Positions 9,734-17,941 of a DNA stretch of 51,194 bases are shown here, piece after piece. How positions within the stretch are numbered: position 1 is the first letter of the stretch; every line of letters starts with the position of its first letter. The notes under the pieces were generated by a model. The model did not search any database. It saw only the letters and a list, made by a program, of their open reading frames with translations, and was not told where the DNA came from. The position numbers and the translations under genes were made by a program. Location: contig CAYWUT010000007.1 in assembly GCA_964460545.1 (NCBI GenBank), positions 1 through 51,194 of the forward strand. Direction: 5' to 3'. The stretch is from an uncultured Spirochaetota bacterium. GTDB lineage: Bacteria > Spirochaetota > B62-G9 > DRHN01.

Positions 9734-9807
9734 GCTCCAGTAGCTCAGCAGGATAGAGCATCGGTTTCCTAAACCGAGGGTCGGACGTTCGAGTCGTCTC
9801 TGGAGCA
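9734..9807 (+). tRNA. tRNA-Arg (anticodon CCT), CCA not encoded
   Basis: Cloverleaf: acceptor GCTCCAG/CTGGAGC, D arm GCTC/GAGC, anticodon arm TCGGT-TTCCTAA-ACCGA, T arm GGACG-TTCGAGT-CGTCT. Confidence 0.97.
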
Positions 9808-9812
9808 AGCGT

Positions 9813-9851
9813 AAAAAAGCCCCCGCACATTTATAAGGCAGGGGCTTTTTT
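9813..9851 (+). terminator. Intrinsic (potentially bidirectional) terminator after the tRNA
   Basis: AAAAAAGCCCC ... GGGGCTTTTTT inverted repeat. Confidence 0.8.
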
Positions 9852-10138
9852 AATCGCCCCTCCCTCAATCGGCGAAGAATTATCACAATCGAGAACGGGC
9901 TCTTTGCATGATTCATATTTACGCCTTGACCCATGGGGCGTTTCCCCCTTTTATTCAAATATCCACTCAAATAATTTGAAAGATAAATTAATACGGATTT
10001 ACGCTCCGTGAAGAGTATGATATGCTGATTCATTAATGACAACAGGCTTGAAAAATACGGCTGACCAATTATGTTCCTGTGTATAATGGTTTTGAAATCG
10101 GTGTGTTAAAACGTGATGGATGCAGGAGGAGTTCGGGA

Positions 10139-10696
10139 ATGAAAAAAATAATGATGCTAACGTTTTTCATCACTTTAATAATCCCCCTTTCTTTATTTGC
10201 CGAGGAGAAAACGTTATTAAGTAAAGGACTTGAAAGCGGCGGATACGGCGGCCCTGTCATAAAGATCAAGTCCGTTGCCGGGGATGCGGGAGTCCTGGCC
10301 GGCGGGCGCGGCGGCTGGATCATCAACCACACCTTCGTGATCGGGGGCGGGAGGTACCGGCTGCGCAGCGATCTGAAGGTCGATGGCAACGACCTGAATC
10401 TGCGGTACGGAGGGCTCGAGTTCGAGTACATCGGGCTTTCGGACGAGGTCCTGCATTTCACGGTCCATACGGGCCTGGGGAGAGGGTGGGTATCGTATGA
10501 AAACACGGATTTCTCGCACAGGTTCTTCTATATAGAGCCGACCGTGAACGGGGAGATCAACATCGTCGGGTGGTTCAGGATAAACGCCGGGGTCGGGTAT
10601 CTGTGGGTGGACGGCATACAGGACATGCCCGGTTTGAGCACCGGCGACATCCGGGGGCTCACGGGTACCCTGGTGTTCAAATTCGGATGGTTTTAA
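10139..10696 (+). CDS. Putative small outer-membrane beta-barrel protein
   Basis: AGGAGG RBS, signal peptide (MKKIMM...SLFA), Gly/aromatic-rich amphipathic strands, C-terminal FKFGWF. Confidence 0.65.
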   Translation: MKKIMMLTFFITLIIPLSLFAEEKTLLSKGLESGGYGGPVIKIKSVAGDAGVLAGGRGGWIINHTFVIGGGRYRLRSDLKVDGNDLNLRYGGLEFEYIGLSDEVLHFTVHTGLGRGWVSYENTDFSHRFFYIEPTVNGEINIVGWFRINAGVGYLWVDGIQDMPGLSTGDIRGLTGTLVFKFGWF

Positions 10697-10818
10697 TGGC
10701 GGATTTCTCTATAAGCAATGCTAATATATCCTCTTAAGCTATAAGGCATATTTATTTCCCCTGTTTTGACTTTCTCCTTATACTTCCGGTTAATCAAGCC
10801 GGTAATAAGGAGAAGCCA

Positions 10819-11541
10819 GTGGAACTTCTTGATAACACAGACGATCTCAAGTATCTCGTTCATAATCTTAATTACAAACAAAAGGTCGAACGCTCGCTTC
10901 AGCTCATCGAAGCGGCGTACGAAAAATACGGCGACGGCCTGGTGGTCGCAAACAGCCTTGGAAAGGATTCCGTGTGTGTCTGGGCCCTGGCAAAGATGGT
11001 GAACCCCGCCATACGGGGATTCATCGTTACCACGCGGTTCAAGCCCCGGGAGACGGTCCGTTTCATGAATGAGGAAGTTGCGCTGTATCCGGAGTTGAAG
11101 ATCTACAGAAACGACGAGGATATACCGGAGAGGCTCTACGAGCACGATCCGGATCGCTGCTGCAACATATTGAAGGTACTCCCAACCAGGTGGGCGATCG
11201 ATGAGATGAACGTCGCCTGCTGGGTTACGGGCCTCAGGTGCACGGAGGGAAGAACCAGGACCGATTACCGGGAGGTGGAGGAGCGTGACCGGGATCTGTT
11301 GAAGCTGAACCCCATACTCATCTGGAACGAGCGTGAGGTGTGGCAGTTCCTCGCATTGAACAACGTGCGCGTCAATCCCCTCTACTCGCAAGGGTACCGT
11401 TCCCTGGGCTGCGCTCCCTGCACGAAGATATCGACCGATGACAACGAGCGTGCGGGAAGATGGATCGGCACGAGCAAGTGCGGAGGGGAGTGCGGCATAC
11501 ATACCCGTCCGCTCAAGGGCGATTTTGCGGTGCAGACATAA
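10819..11541 (+). CDS. cysH: APS/PAPS reductase family, [4Fe-4S] APS-reductase type
   Basis: SLGKDS, DRCC..LK, TGLR, GYRSLGCAPCT, ERAGRW and ECGIH motifs; GTG start after AAGGAG. Confidence 0.85.
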   Translation: MELLDNTDDLKYLVHNLNYKQKVERSLQLIEAAYEKYGDGLVVANSLGKDSVCVWALAKMVNPAIRGFIVTTRFKPRETVRFMNEEVALYPELKIYRNDEDIPERLYEHDPDRCCNILKVLPTRWAIDEMNVACWVTGLRCTEGRTRTDYREVEERDRDLLKLNPILIWNEREVWQFLALNNVRVNPLYSQGYRSLGCAPCTKISTDDNERAGRWIGTSKCGGECGIHTRPLKGDFAVQT

Positions 11542-11631
11542 TATCGCGATTCCAGGGTCGGGATGTCCGCCTCAAGGTCTACCCGTAACATACGCCCAGC
11601 TGGCATCCCCAGGTAAGAGGTGGAGGAAAAA

Positions 11632-11838
11632 ATGACGGAATCGAAAACACGAACCATCATGAAGACCGTGACCTGGCGTGTCATTGCAACCTGCACGACC
11701 ATATCGATCGTATACCTCTTCACTAAGAGGCTCACCCTCTCGCTGGGCATCGGTGTCCTGGAAGTAATCATCAAGATGTGCGTGTATTTCCTGCACGAAC
11801 GGATGTGGCTGAGGATAAAGCTGGGCGTGCCTGAGTAG
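11632..11838 (+). CDS. DUF2061-type small membrane protein
   Basis: ESKTRTIMKTVTWRVIA and YFLHERMW pattern with two TM helices; GGAGG RBS; family often found near sulfur assimilation genes. Confidence 0.75.
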   Translation: MTESKTRTIMKTVTWRVIATCTTISIVYLFTKRLTLSLGIGVLEVIIKMCVYFLHERMWLRIKLGVPE

Positions 11839-11861
11839 CCCCTGGATCCGGCCGAGCCCTT

Positions 11862-14060
11862 CTATGCATTCCGAGCCCTGGGGGCGATTTTTCTCCGCTT
11901 GCTTGTCTCCAGGAGCTTCCACTGCACGGTCGGAATTTCGTCGATATCCTCTTTCGGGATGAGGAAAATCTTCGCGTCCGAGGAGGGCACGGCCGTGAGC
12001 ATTTCAGGCTCATCGAACAGTATCGTCTCCTCCCCGAAAAAGTCACCGGAATGAAGCTCCGCGACGAGGCTGCCGCCTGAGGAGAGGTTGATTTTTCCCT
12101 GCTCCACGATAAAGAGCGCCGGCGGATCCTCGGGTTTGACGGGCTCGTCAGCCGCGTAGGACTTTCTCGTCATGATTCCCGCTATCTCGTTCTGTATGGG
12201 GCAGGAGACCATCTCGCCGAAAAGCCAGGTATTTTGTAAAAACCGCCTGTTTTCGAGCACGCGCCTGATCGTATCGTAGAGGTAGTTTCGCTTGATGAAG
12301 CTGATGTAGAGGTCCGAGGGTATTTTCAGTGCCCTGATGTAGCTCGCGGCCCGGTATGTCCGTGTAGTCTTCTCGCCGCTCAAGGCCGAGAGCTCACCCA
12401 CGATGGAACCGGCCGACAGCATGTTCCGAATATCGGTTTCCGCATCGATGAATTCCACTACCCCGCTCAGCAACAGGAAGATGTCCTTGTTTACAATTCC
12501 CCGTTTGATGATGATCGATCCTATATTGTGCGATACCACGGGGCAGTTCATCAGCATGTGCAGGTCGTGCATGGACGCCTTGGGGAAGTAGGACCTGAGG
12601 TGGTAGAAGGCGGAACGCATGGAATAATCCTGCTGCGCCGGAATGAGAACGTCCTCCATGCCGAAGGTCGCGTTCGCTCCGATCTCCTTCTGAGAATCCG
12701 TGAGCGGCACCGAGGTATGGCTCAGCACTATCTTGGGAGAGGTGTCGTTTACGAAATCTTCGGCTTTGCCGTGTATGAGGCCCCCGCCTATGTCGATCTT
12801 CTTGATATCAACGGGCGTGAAATAAATTTTCTTCACATTGTCATAGAATTCCTGTGACACCCCGCTCTTTTTCGGATCGTCCGTTATCATTCCTTTCAGG
12901 ACGTCGAGTGATACGATATCCGCGAGGTGTGCGTACGTCTTGTATCCGCCGCCCCAGAGTGTGCGAAAGAAGAATATGCTCGTTTCAACCGGATGGGGGG
13001 AGAACACGGGCATGACCTCGAGTCCCTTGATCGAGTTCCATCGGTTGAACTTCAAGTCGAAAATCTTGAAGTACCGCTCGAACCGCTCCTCTTTTATGGA
13101 CATGAGCGCTGAGAGTTTTTTCATAACCGACACGCGTACAAGCTTCGGCGCATAGTACTTGATCTTGTGGTCCGACCGGACGAGGGTGGTGAGACCGGCG
13201 AAGTGGTCGTCGTGGACATGACTGTGGAAGATACCCTCGATCTCGTTGACGCTGATTCCGAGCGCCGTGAGGCTGTATAAGATGTTGGGTCCGGCGTCCA
13301 GAAGGTAGATCTTCCCCTGATAGGTGAGTATGCTGCCCATGCAGGGTCGGTTCGTGTCCCAACCGTCCCCCTCGCCGATATGGATCACTGAGAAGTACTC
13401 ACGTCTGATTTCGTGAAACCCGAGATTGTAGGAGGGTTCGTATTTCTGGTTGGGCGCAAGGTTCAGGTCAACGGGCACGGTTTCGTCCTTGTAAGAGAAC
13501 TCGTACACGTTGAATGCGGTACGGCGAATCGTGACACCTCCTCTCAGCTCGACCGGGTCCTCACGCACGATACGGAAATCGATGAGCTCTTCGGTTTCGC
13601 GTATATTGTCGAATGCGAATTTCAGCTTCAGGCGAAACATATCCTGCGCACAGTCATCGGGGACACCGGTTTTGTGGATCTCCTCCATTGACTTCAGACC
13701 GTAATTTCCACGGTATATGTACTGACTCTGGGCGTTGACCTGGTCTTCCGTACCGATGAGCATGGGCTTTATTCCCGTGTTGTTCGGATGGTTCGGGAGA
13801 AGAATGCCCTGTCTGTAGAACATCTGGAGAACCGGAAACTCGGCGAGATTTGAGAAGCTTCCCTTTTGCACGGGTACGTCGGAGAGGAGTATGGCGTTTG
13901 GTCCTGTCTCGAAGGTGACTCCGTTTTTTTCCTTTGATACGATGAGCCCTCTTTTCATGAGGTGCTTCACACTGTCGGCGGGACAGCCGCAGAGCACGTA
14001 GAGGTTTGCTTCAGGGATTTCGACGTAGTATACGCCGCTCGTTACCTCGATTTTCTCCAT
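11862..14060 (-). CDS. Metallo-beta-lactamase-fold protein with two C-terminal cyclic-nucleotide-binding domains
   Basis: LLDAG, HSHVHDDH and PHPVET MBL motifs; GSIVGELSAL...RT and GDFFGEETIL cNMP-domain motifs. Confidence 0.75.
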   Translation of the reverse strand: MEKIEVTSGVYYVEIPEANLYVLCGCPADSVKHLMKRGLIVSKEKNGVTFETGPNAILLSDVPVQKGSFSNLAEFPVLQMFYRQGILLPNHPNNTGIKPMLIGTEDQVNAQSQYIYRGNYGLKSMEEIHKTGVPDDCAQDMFRLKLKFAFDNIRETEELIDFRIVREDPVELRGGVTIRRTAFNVYEFSYKDETVPVDLNLAPNQKYEPSYNLGFHEIRREYFSVIHIGEGDGWDTNRPCMGSILTYQGKIYLLDAGPNILYSLTALGISVNEIEGIFHSHVHDDHFAGLTTLVRSDHKIKYYAPKLVRVSVMKKLSALMSIKEERFERYFKIFDLKFNRWNSIKGLEVMPVFSPHPVETSIFFFRTLWGGGYKTYAHLADIVSLDVLKGMITDDPKKSGVSQEFYDNVKKIYFTPVDIKKIDIGGGLIHGKAEDFVNDTSPKIVLSHTSVPLTDSQKEIGANATFGMEDVLIPAQQDYSMRSAFYHLRSYFPKASMHDLHMLMNCPVVSHNIGSIIIKRGIVNKDIFLLLSGVVEFIDAETDIRNMLSAGSIVGELSALSGEKTTRTYRAASYIRALKIPSDLYISFIKRNYLYDTIRRVLENRRFLQNTWLFGEMVSCPIQNEIAGIMTRKSYAADEPVKPEDPPALFIVEQGKINLSSGGSLVAELHSGDFFGEETILFDEPEMLTAVPSSDAKIFLIPKEDIDEIPTVQWKLLETSKRRKIAPRARNA

Positions 14061-14182
14061 ACGTATTACCCCGTCTTCACAGTATTCCTTATAATAAGTA
14101 TATACCATATGAAATATTTAACAGCGATTTTATATATTTATAATTATTATGTATTTTCTCTTCATGTGGTGCCGAAGGGCTC

Positions 14183-14851
14183 TCAAGTATTCTTTAATCC
14201 CGTAAGTATCAGGCCGAATGGGTTCCCTTTCACCCTTGCATTCATTAGAGAAGTTCCGGATTTCATCGTTTCCAGTTCCTTCGGTGTGTACGCCGCGTTG
14301 ATCGAGCTGAGGAGTCCGTTCACCATTTCCTTCGGCTTTACCGTACTCTTCATGTACCACTTGATTATGAAATTCATATCCCGTCTGAGGTCGCTGATGC
14401 AGTACCTGCCGCCGGGTTTCAGTACCCGGTACGCTTCGTTGAAAACCCTGATGGGATCTTCCCACTCGTGCAGGGAGCCGTTCGAGAAAAACGCGTCAAA
14501 GGTTCCGTCCTGAAAGTGGAGCTCCATGGCGTTTCCCTCGATATACTCGGTCCTGTTCGAGAGGCCGTATTCCTCGGCGTTTTTCCTGGCCGTCCTTATC
14601 ATGTTTGTGCTTATTTCGAGTCCCGTAAGTCGTGTTTCCCGGGTCGCTTTGAGCCACTCGAGACCCAGGTACCCGGGTCCGGGCCCGATTTCAAGTGCGT
14701 GTCCGTCTGTCATGCCGAGCTTGAGTACGGGCTTCAACTCCATTTTTATTATGCCTTTGTCGCGCATGATTCTCATGGATTGATCATATTTCTCAACAGT
14801 GAAACCGTCCTGAATCCCCTCACTCGTTTCGATTGTTCTTTCCCTTACCAT
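14183..14851 (-). CDS. Class I SAM-dependent methyltransferase
   Basis: LEIGPGPG motif I, GNAMELHF, SLHEW, RVLKPGG; GAGGAGG RBS. Confidence 0.9.
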   Translation of the reverse strand: MVRERTIETSEGIQDGFTVEKYDQSMRIMRDKGIIKMELKPVLKLGMTDGHALEIGPGPGYLGLEWLKATRETRLTGLEISTNMIRTARKNAEEYGLSNRTEYIEGNAMELHFQDGTFDAFFSNGSLHEWEDPIRVFNEAYRVLKPGGRYCISDLRRDMNFIIKWYMKSTVKPKEMVNGLLSSINAAYTPKELETMKSGTSLMNARVKGNPFGLILTGLKNT

Positions 14852-14878
14852 TGTTTCCTCCTCATTATTTCAGTTTAA

Positions 14879-14896
14879 ATATACAATGTTGAATAT
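14879..14896. promoter_or_regulatory. Candidate PadR operator 1
   Basis: ATATACAA-TG-TTGAATAT, one mismatch from the palindrome at 15465; just upstream of the methyltransferase start. Confidence 0.6.
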
Positions 14897-14909
14897 ATAG
14901 AGAAAAAAA

Positions 14910-15449
14910 TTAACTCCATTCTCCCGACTCGAACTTCCGCAGCACCTCTTTCAGCCACGTGAGCTCCGCATTCAGGTGGTGGAGTGAATGGTCGAAGAGC
15001 GCTTCCGCTATGGGTGGTACGTACGGATTCGTGATCTGCTCCTTTTTATGCCCGGTCACGTGATCGATTAATTTCTCTGTGTCATGGATGCGCCCGGCAA
15101 GGTATCCCTCGGTCTCCTCCCTGGGAAGGGCTTTCACGAAGAACAGGGCTATATCGAGATCGAAATACTGCTGTCTCTGTGTGCTCCACAGTTCTTTGAG
15201 GAGGCGGCTGAACTCATCCCTTCCTCTCTCGGTAATGGTGTAAACCGAACGTGCCGGACGGCCCGTGGGTTTCTCCACACCGGCTTTCCGGATAAATCCC
15301 TCTTCCGTCAACTTGCCGAGCGCGAAGTAGATAGACCCGAACGCGATGTTTGTCCAGTCCCCCATGTGGTCTTCGATTATGTGCTTTATCTTGTATCCAT
15401 GGAGGTCTCTATCCCTTAACAGTCCCAGTATCACCAGTTTCGTGGACAT
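14910..15449 (-). CDS. PadR family transcriptional regulator
   Basis: LGLL...HGYKIK, GSIYFALGKL, RSVYTITERG wHTH plus C-terminal helical domain. Confidence 0.92.
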   Translation of the reverse strand: MSTKLVILGLLRDRDLHGYKIKHIIEDHMGDWTNIAFGSIYFALGKLTEEGFIRKAGVEKPTGRPARSVYTITERGRDEFSRLLKELWSTQRQQYFDLDIALFFVKALPREETEGYLAGRIHDTEKLIDHVTGHKKEQITNPYVPPIAEALFDHSLHHLNAELTWLKEVLRKFESGEWS

Positions 15450-15464
15450 ACTATTTAACTCGGA

Positions 15465-15482
15465 ATATACAAGGTTGTATAT
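15465..15482. promoter_or_regulatory. Candidate PadR operator 2 (autoregulation)
   Basis: Perfect palindrome ATATACAA-GG-TTGTATAT just upstream of the padR ATG. Confidence 0.65.
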
Positions 15483-15825
15483 AATTTATACTTTTCAGCA
15501 ATACCGGTCAATAGAAATTTCCTTAATTAAAAAAAGTGGCGGTCTGCTCAATCGGCAACATGGTGCCCCCCTCACCCAGCGGTAAACCGCCCCCCTCAAT
15601 CGAGGGCAAGCTCAATCGAGGGCTAATTAATTTATTGCTGGTATCCATGTCTGTGTGCACGGCCGCCGGTGAATACACATCCCGGAAGAACGTTTATTCA
15701 GGGGTGACCCGGATCTCCAATGGCTCCACGACCCGGTAGAGATCGGCCTTATGCGTAAAATAAACATGGTTGTCGTCCGCGACCGTCAGGTTTTCAACCG
15801 GTACCGGTGAAGTCGCGAGGACCAC

Positions 15826-17670
15826 TTAGGCTTTTGAAACGAGGTCGATTCTTACTATCTCGGTTCCCGTGCCCGTTATCAGAGAACCGTCGTCGAGCGG
15901 TATGACCGTACCGGCGGTTATGGGTTCAAGTCCGGGTACCGGGTCCCGTATTATTGATTCAGATTCGGTATCGTACTCACATAAAACCCCGTTTACCGTG
16001 AATACCACCGTATTCGTCTTCCGGTCACGGCAGAGATTCTTCACGGCTCCGGTTTCAAACGAGGATTCGAAGAGTGTCTCCTGGGTGCGAATAGCAAGGA
16101 CTCCGAACTTTGATATATTTCTTTTTCCGGTTAAACCACTGGCTTCCGTGTGAGTCCCGATGAAGATTCGGTCTTCATCCACGGCAAGGGATTGTATCCC
16201 GCGCGTACCGAGAGGATTCTCTATGATTTCCGTTCGTGAGGTTACGGGATCCGTGATTGCGATGGCCCCTCCGAATTTACCATACCTGCCGGAGTATCCG
16301 GAGTACAACCGTCCGTCGGGTCCAACCAGTATTCTGCTCGGCCTTATATATCCGTAGGCGTCCATCTTGAAAATGGACCGGGGGTTTTTACCACCCAGCT
16401 GGTCCCAGGGCTGTGTCGGATCGTATCTGATGAGCTCGCCGTCCGGATAAGAGACCGCATAAACGACATTGTCTGCGAATGCAATATCATAGATCTCTCC
16501 CATTTCGTCGCTCATAACATCGGTATTTACGACCTCGTGTGTCCGTACATCATAATGGAAGAGCGTTTGACCGAACCAGGGTCCTCCCCAAATCTTTCCC
16601 TGCCGATCTGCTTTGATAAAGAGCGGTGGGCGCGCGTGTGTCTTCACCGGAATATCCGTCAGCCGCAGTTTATGTGTGCCTTCATCAACAATGAAGTAGG
16701 ACTGTCCTCGTACGCCGACGATGCGGCCGTCCCGCAACGACCCGATATAACGGTCCCCTTTCAGATTTATACTGGCGAAGAGTTCTGTTCCACTGTCCTC
16801 GTCAGTGCTGCTGAAACGGAGTAACGCGTTGCCGCGGGTGAAGTAGAGAGCGTCTTTCGTTGTAAGATCCTTTTGGATCTTGAAAGAACCGCGTCCCGGG
16901 AGCTCAAAGGGGTACTCCTCCAGGGCCGTCCAGGATGCATCCTCAAACGCCTCCACCCTGTCGGTTCTGGGATCGAAGGCGATTACATACCTGTCCCACG
17001 CCGTTACATTGCTGAAATACCGGCCGGATTCTAATCCGGGGATTTTTTTCCATGTTCCTGTGCGCGGGTCGTATGAAATCGTCATCATATTTTCATAGCC
17101 TGAGTTTGCAACGATGGTTCCCCACGGAGTAGCCGTTACTGAAAAGAGATAGAGGTTCGGTTCGACGGGGGCGGGAATCGTTTCTAATGTGAAAGTATCG
17201 AGATCCAGTGCGCAGAGTACTGCTCCGGGATAGGTGCCGCCGTAGATCCGTCCGTCCGGGCCCGCGGAAAGATTCCAGATGTAACTTTCTCCCGGTATAT
17301 CGATGTCCTGTATGGTTTGTTTCTTTCCAAGATCGAAGACTATGAAATGACCGTTATAAAACGTGCCCATTACGAGCAGATTACCGGACACCTGTCGGAT
17401 ATCCCATGATCCGGATCCGGAAGGGAGGGTAAACAGATCACCGATGCCGCCGGTGAAATCAATGGAGATCATTTCACATCCGTGGATTTCGTTGTTGCTG
17501 AGCAGTACGAGCCGCTCTCTCCCATCCACGGGATCGATCGCCACACATCCACCGAGTATCTGCTTCGATCGACAAGGCTGTGCGATCCATACAACGGAAT
17601 ATGCTCCCGCTTCGTGTGATTGTGTGATGAAGAGGATGACCGCTGCTATCAGAATAGTGCGTATCTTCAT
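15826..17670 (-). CDS. Exported multi-bladed beta-propeller protein; probably truncated by an in-frame TAA (full frame ends at 15694)
   Basis: Signal peptide; repeated GPDGRIYGGTY / ADRQGKIWGG / GPDGRLYSG blade motifs; reading frame stays open and blade-like for 43 codons after the stop. Confidence 0.75.
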   Translation of the reverse strand: MKIRTILIAAVILFITQSHEAGAYSVVWIAQPCRSKQILGGCVAIDPVDGRERLVLLSNNEIHGCEMISIDFTGGIGDLFTLPSGSGSWDIRQVSGNLLVMGTFYNGHFIVFDLGKKQTIQDIDIPGESYIWNLSAGPDGRIYGGTYPGAVLCALDLDTFTLETIPAPVEPNLYLFSVTATPWGTIVANSGYENMMTISYDPRTGTWKKIPGLESGRYFSNVTAWDRYVIAFDPRTDRVEAFEDASWTALEEYPFELPGRGSFKIQKDLTTKDALYFTRGNALLRFSSTDEDSGTELFASINLKGDRYIGSLRDGRIVGVRGQSYFIVDEGTHKLRLTDIPVKTHARPPLFIKADRQGKIWGGPWFGQTLFHYDVRTHEVVNTDVMSDEMGEIYDIAFADNVVYAVSYPDGELIRYDPTQPWDQLGGKNPRSIFKMDAYGYIRPSRILVGPDGRLYSGYSGRYGKFGGAIAITDPVTSRTEIIENPLGTRGIQSLAVDEDRIFIGTHTEASGLTGKRNISKFGVLAIRTQETLFESSFETGAVKNLCRDRKTNTVVFTVNGVLCEYDTESESIIRDPVPGLEPITAGTVIPLDDGSLITGTGTEIVRIDLVSKA

Positions 17671-17941
17671 GGCACCTTTTCCAACCGTAAGGGAAATATA
17701 TTGTTCAGGAATTAAGACCCTTTCGGTAATGTAGTATAGGCTGTTTTTATTATATAAGAGAGCTTTTCCGTAACACCAGGATTTATTCTTACGATATATC
17801 CCGGTATACCGATCTAAAAATTTGAAAATACCACATATTTCAACTTAAAATAGATTATACGGGCGAGAACCGTTGCGACAGTGCTTACCTGATTATAATA
17901 AAAATAAAATTTTTTTCTGAAGTGAAGGGTATGCTTTTTTT

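Noticed and set aside
9620-10042. Minus-strand 140-aa ORF (and 9633..9830)
   Set aside because: Overlaps the tRNA, its promoter and its terminator; no RBS or recognisable domain
10766-11002. 78-aa plus-strand ORF
   Set aside because: Overlaps cysH in another frame; no RBS
15826-15828. Selenocysteine or pyrrolysine recoding at the internal stop
   Set aside because: The codon is TAA, not TGA or TAG
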